Source: Octopus sinensis (lineage: Eukaryota). From it: a stretch of DNA of 64,000 nucleotides. Positions 62,973 to 64,000 of this stretch are shown here, piece after piece (within the stretch, counting starts at the first letter, position 1; each line of letters opens with the position of its first letter). The notes below the pieces were generated by a model. The model made no database searches, was not told where the DNA came from, and saw only the letters and a list, made by a program, of their open reading frames with translations. The stretch covers positions 45,818,001 through 45,882,000 of the forward strand of contig NC_043014.1 in NCBI RefSeq assembly GCF_006345805.1. Direction: 5' to 3'. The translations under genes and the position numbers were made by a program.

Positions 62973-63090
62973 CAGTGGTTCTTAACCGGGGTCCAAATGG
63001 TCTTCTGAGGGTCCGTATAAGCCTTTGCTGTTAAAATTCATGTACAATAAATTGCTTATTTTTTCTACAATGCACGAAATATAGTAGTAT
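62973..63090 (+). mobile_element. hAT-like MITE terminal fragment
   Basis: cagtggttcttaaccggggtcc...ctgagggtccgtata resembles the left end of 40003-40385. Confidence 0.55.
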
Positions 63091-63115
63091 TTTTTAATAT
63101 ATATATATATGCATA

Positions 63116-63478
63116 GGCGTAGGAGTGGCTGAGTGGTAAGTAGCTTGCTTACCAACCACATGGTTCCGGGTTCAGTCCCACTACGCGGCACCTTGGGCAA
63201 GGGTCTTCTACTATAGCCTCGGGCCGACCAAAGCCTTGTGAGCAGATTTGGTAGAGGGAAACTGAAAGAAGCCTGCTGTATATACACACACTTCTGTGTG
63301 AATCTTTGTCCCTCACCACCGCTTGACAACCAATGAACTTAGCGGTTCAGCAAAAGAGACCGATAAAATATATACCAGGCTTAAATAAAAAGTACAGGGA
63401 TCACTTCATTGGATTAAAATTATTCAAGGTGGTAACCCCAGCATGGCCGCAGTCTAATGACTGAAACAGTTAAAAATA
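63116..63478 (+). mobile_element. SINE family A
   Basis: Well-conserved head, diverged tail. Confidence 0.85.
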
Positions 63479-63489
63479 CAGAAGAGAAC

Positions 63490-63695
63490 TGCTAAGTTAC
63501 AGGGACATAAAGGACACCAACACCGGTAGGGGACAAACACAGACGCACACAGAAGCTTCTTTCAGCTTGCCAAATCCACTCACACAGGCTTTGATCGGCC
63601 CGAGACTTATTGCACTATGTGCCACCCATTGGGACTGAACCTGAAAGCATGTGGTTGAGAAACAAGCTTCTTACCACACAGCCACATCTGCGCCT
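63490..63695 (-). mobile_element. SINE family A, diverged and deleted
   Basis: Reverse-complement head ending cttaccacacagccacatctgcgcct. Confidence 0.65.
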
Positions 63696-63809
63696 ATTTG
63701 CATGAAATAAATAAAGAAAAATGAAAAGGGGCTATGGTGTGTGACCCAAATAGATCTATGGCATGTATAATATACAGGTGTCCCTTATCCCTCGTTTTAT
63801 ACGATTTCG

Positions 63810-64000
63810 GGATCTTTTCGGTTTGACCGGCAGTTTTTTTTAAAATAATTTCCACGTAACTAAACACTTTTAAACTTCGTATACTGGTAGAATGTGTTTA
63901 CAAAACATCTTTTTCTCTTGGCTTTATTGAGAAAATTCTATAGTTTGTAACATATTTGTTGTTGTTTTTTCTTCAATTTCTGCAATTTCAACCAATCACT
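63810..64000 (+). mobile_element. Unclassified MITE (same family as 19550-19967), cut by the window end
   Basis: ggatcttttcggtttgaccggcagtttt and collinear internal sequence. Confidence 0.85.

Overview
AT-rich eukaryotic non-coding DNA packed with microsatellites and short retroposons. The repeat families look like those of octopus (coleoid cephalopod) genomes; this is recognition, not a database match. I found no intact protein-coding gene, rRNA, functional tRNA or CRISPR array; almost all long ORFs in the track are read-throughs of simple repeats or SINEs. Contents: about 30 copies of a tRNA-headed SINE with an internal microsatellite (called family A here); other tRNA-headed SINEs (B, B2, D, E); an RTE-tailed modular element (C); a decayed Tx1/L1-clade LINE 3' end; hAT, piggyBac, Helitron, Helentron-like and fold-back non-autonomous DNA elements; and several Penelope-like terminal fragments. 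Family letters are my own labels. Best leads: (1) four minimal type-I hammerhead ribozyme motifs with a palindromic stem III, one with an intact core and three with variant or decayed cores; (2) a minus-strand recursive-splice-site motif (branch point, pyrimidine tract, AG|GTAAGT) followed by a 61-nt exon with stops in all frames, suggesting the window is part of a giant intron; (3) SINE B shares its 3' tail with the Tx1 LINE and repeatedly sits at a GGTATTT target, including inside its own head; (4) a short tRNA-Asn-headed retroposon; (5) a possible plus-strand first exon followed by tandem TACTAAC motifs. Boundaries of diverged repeats are approximate.
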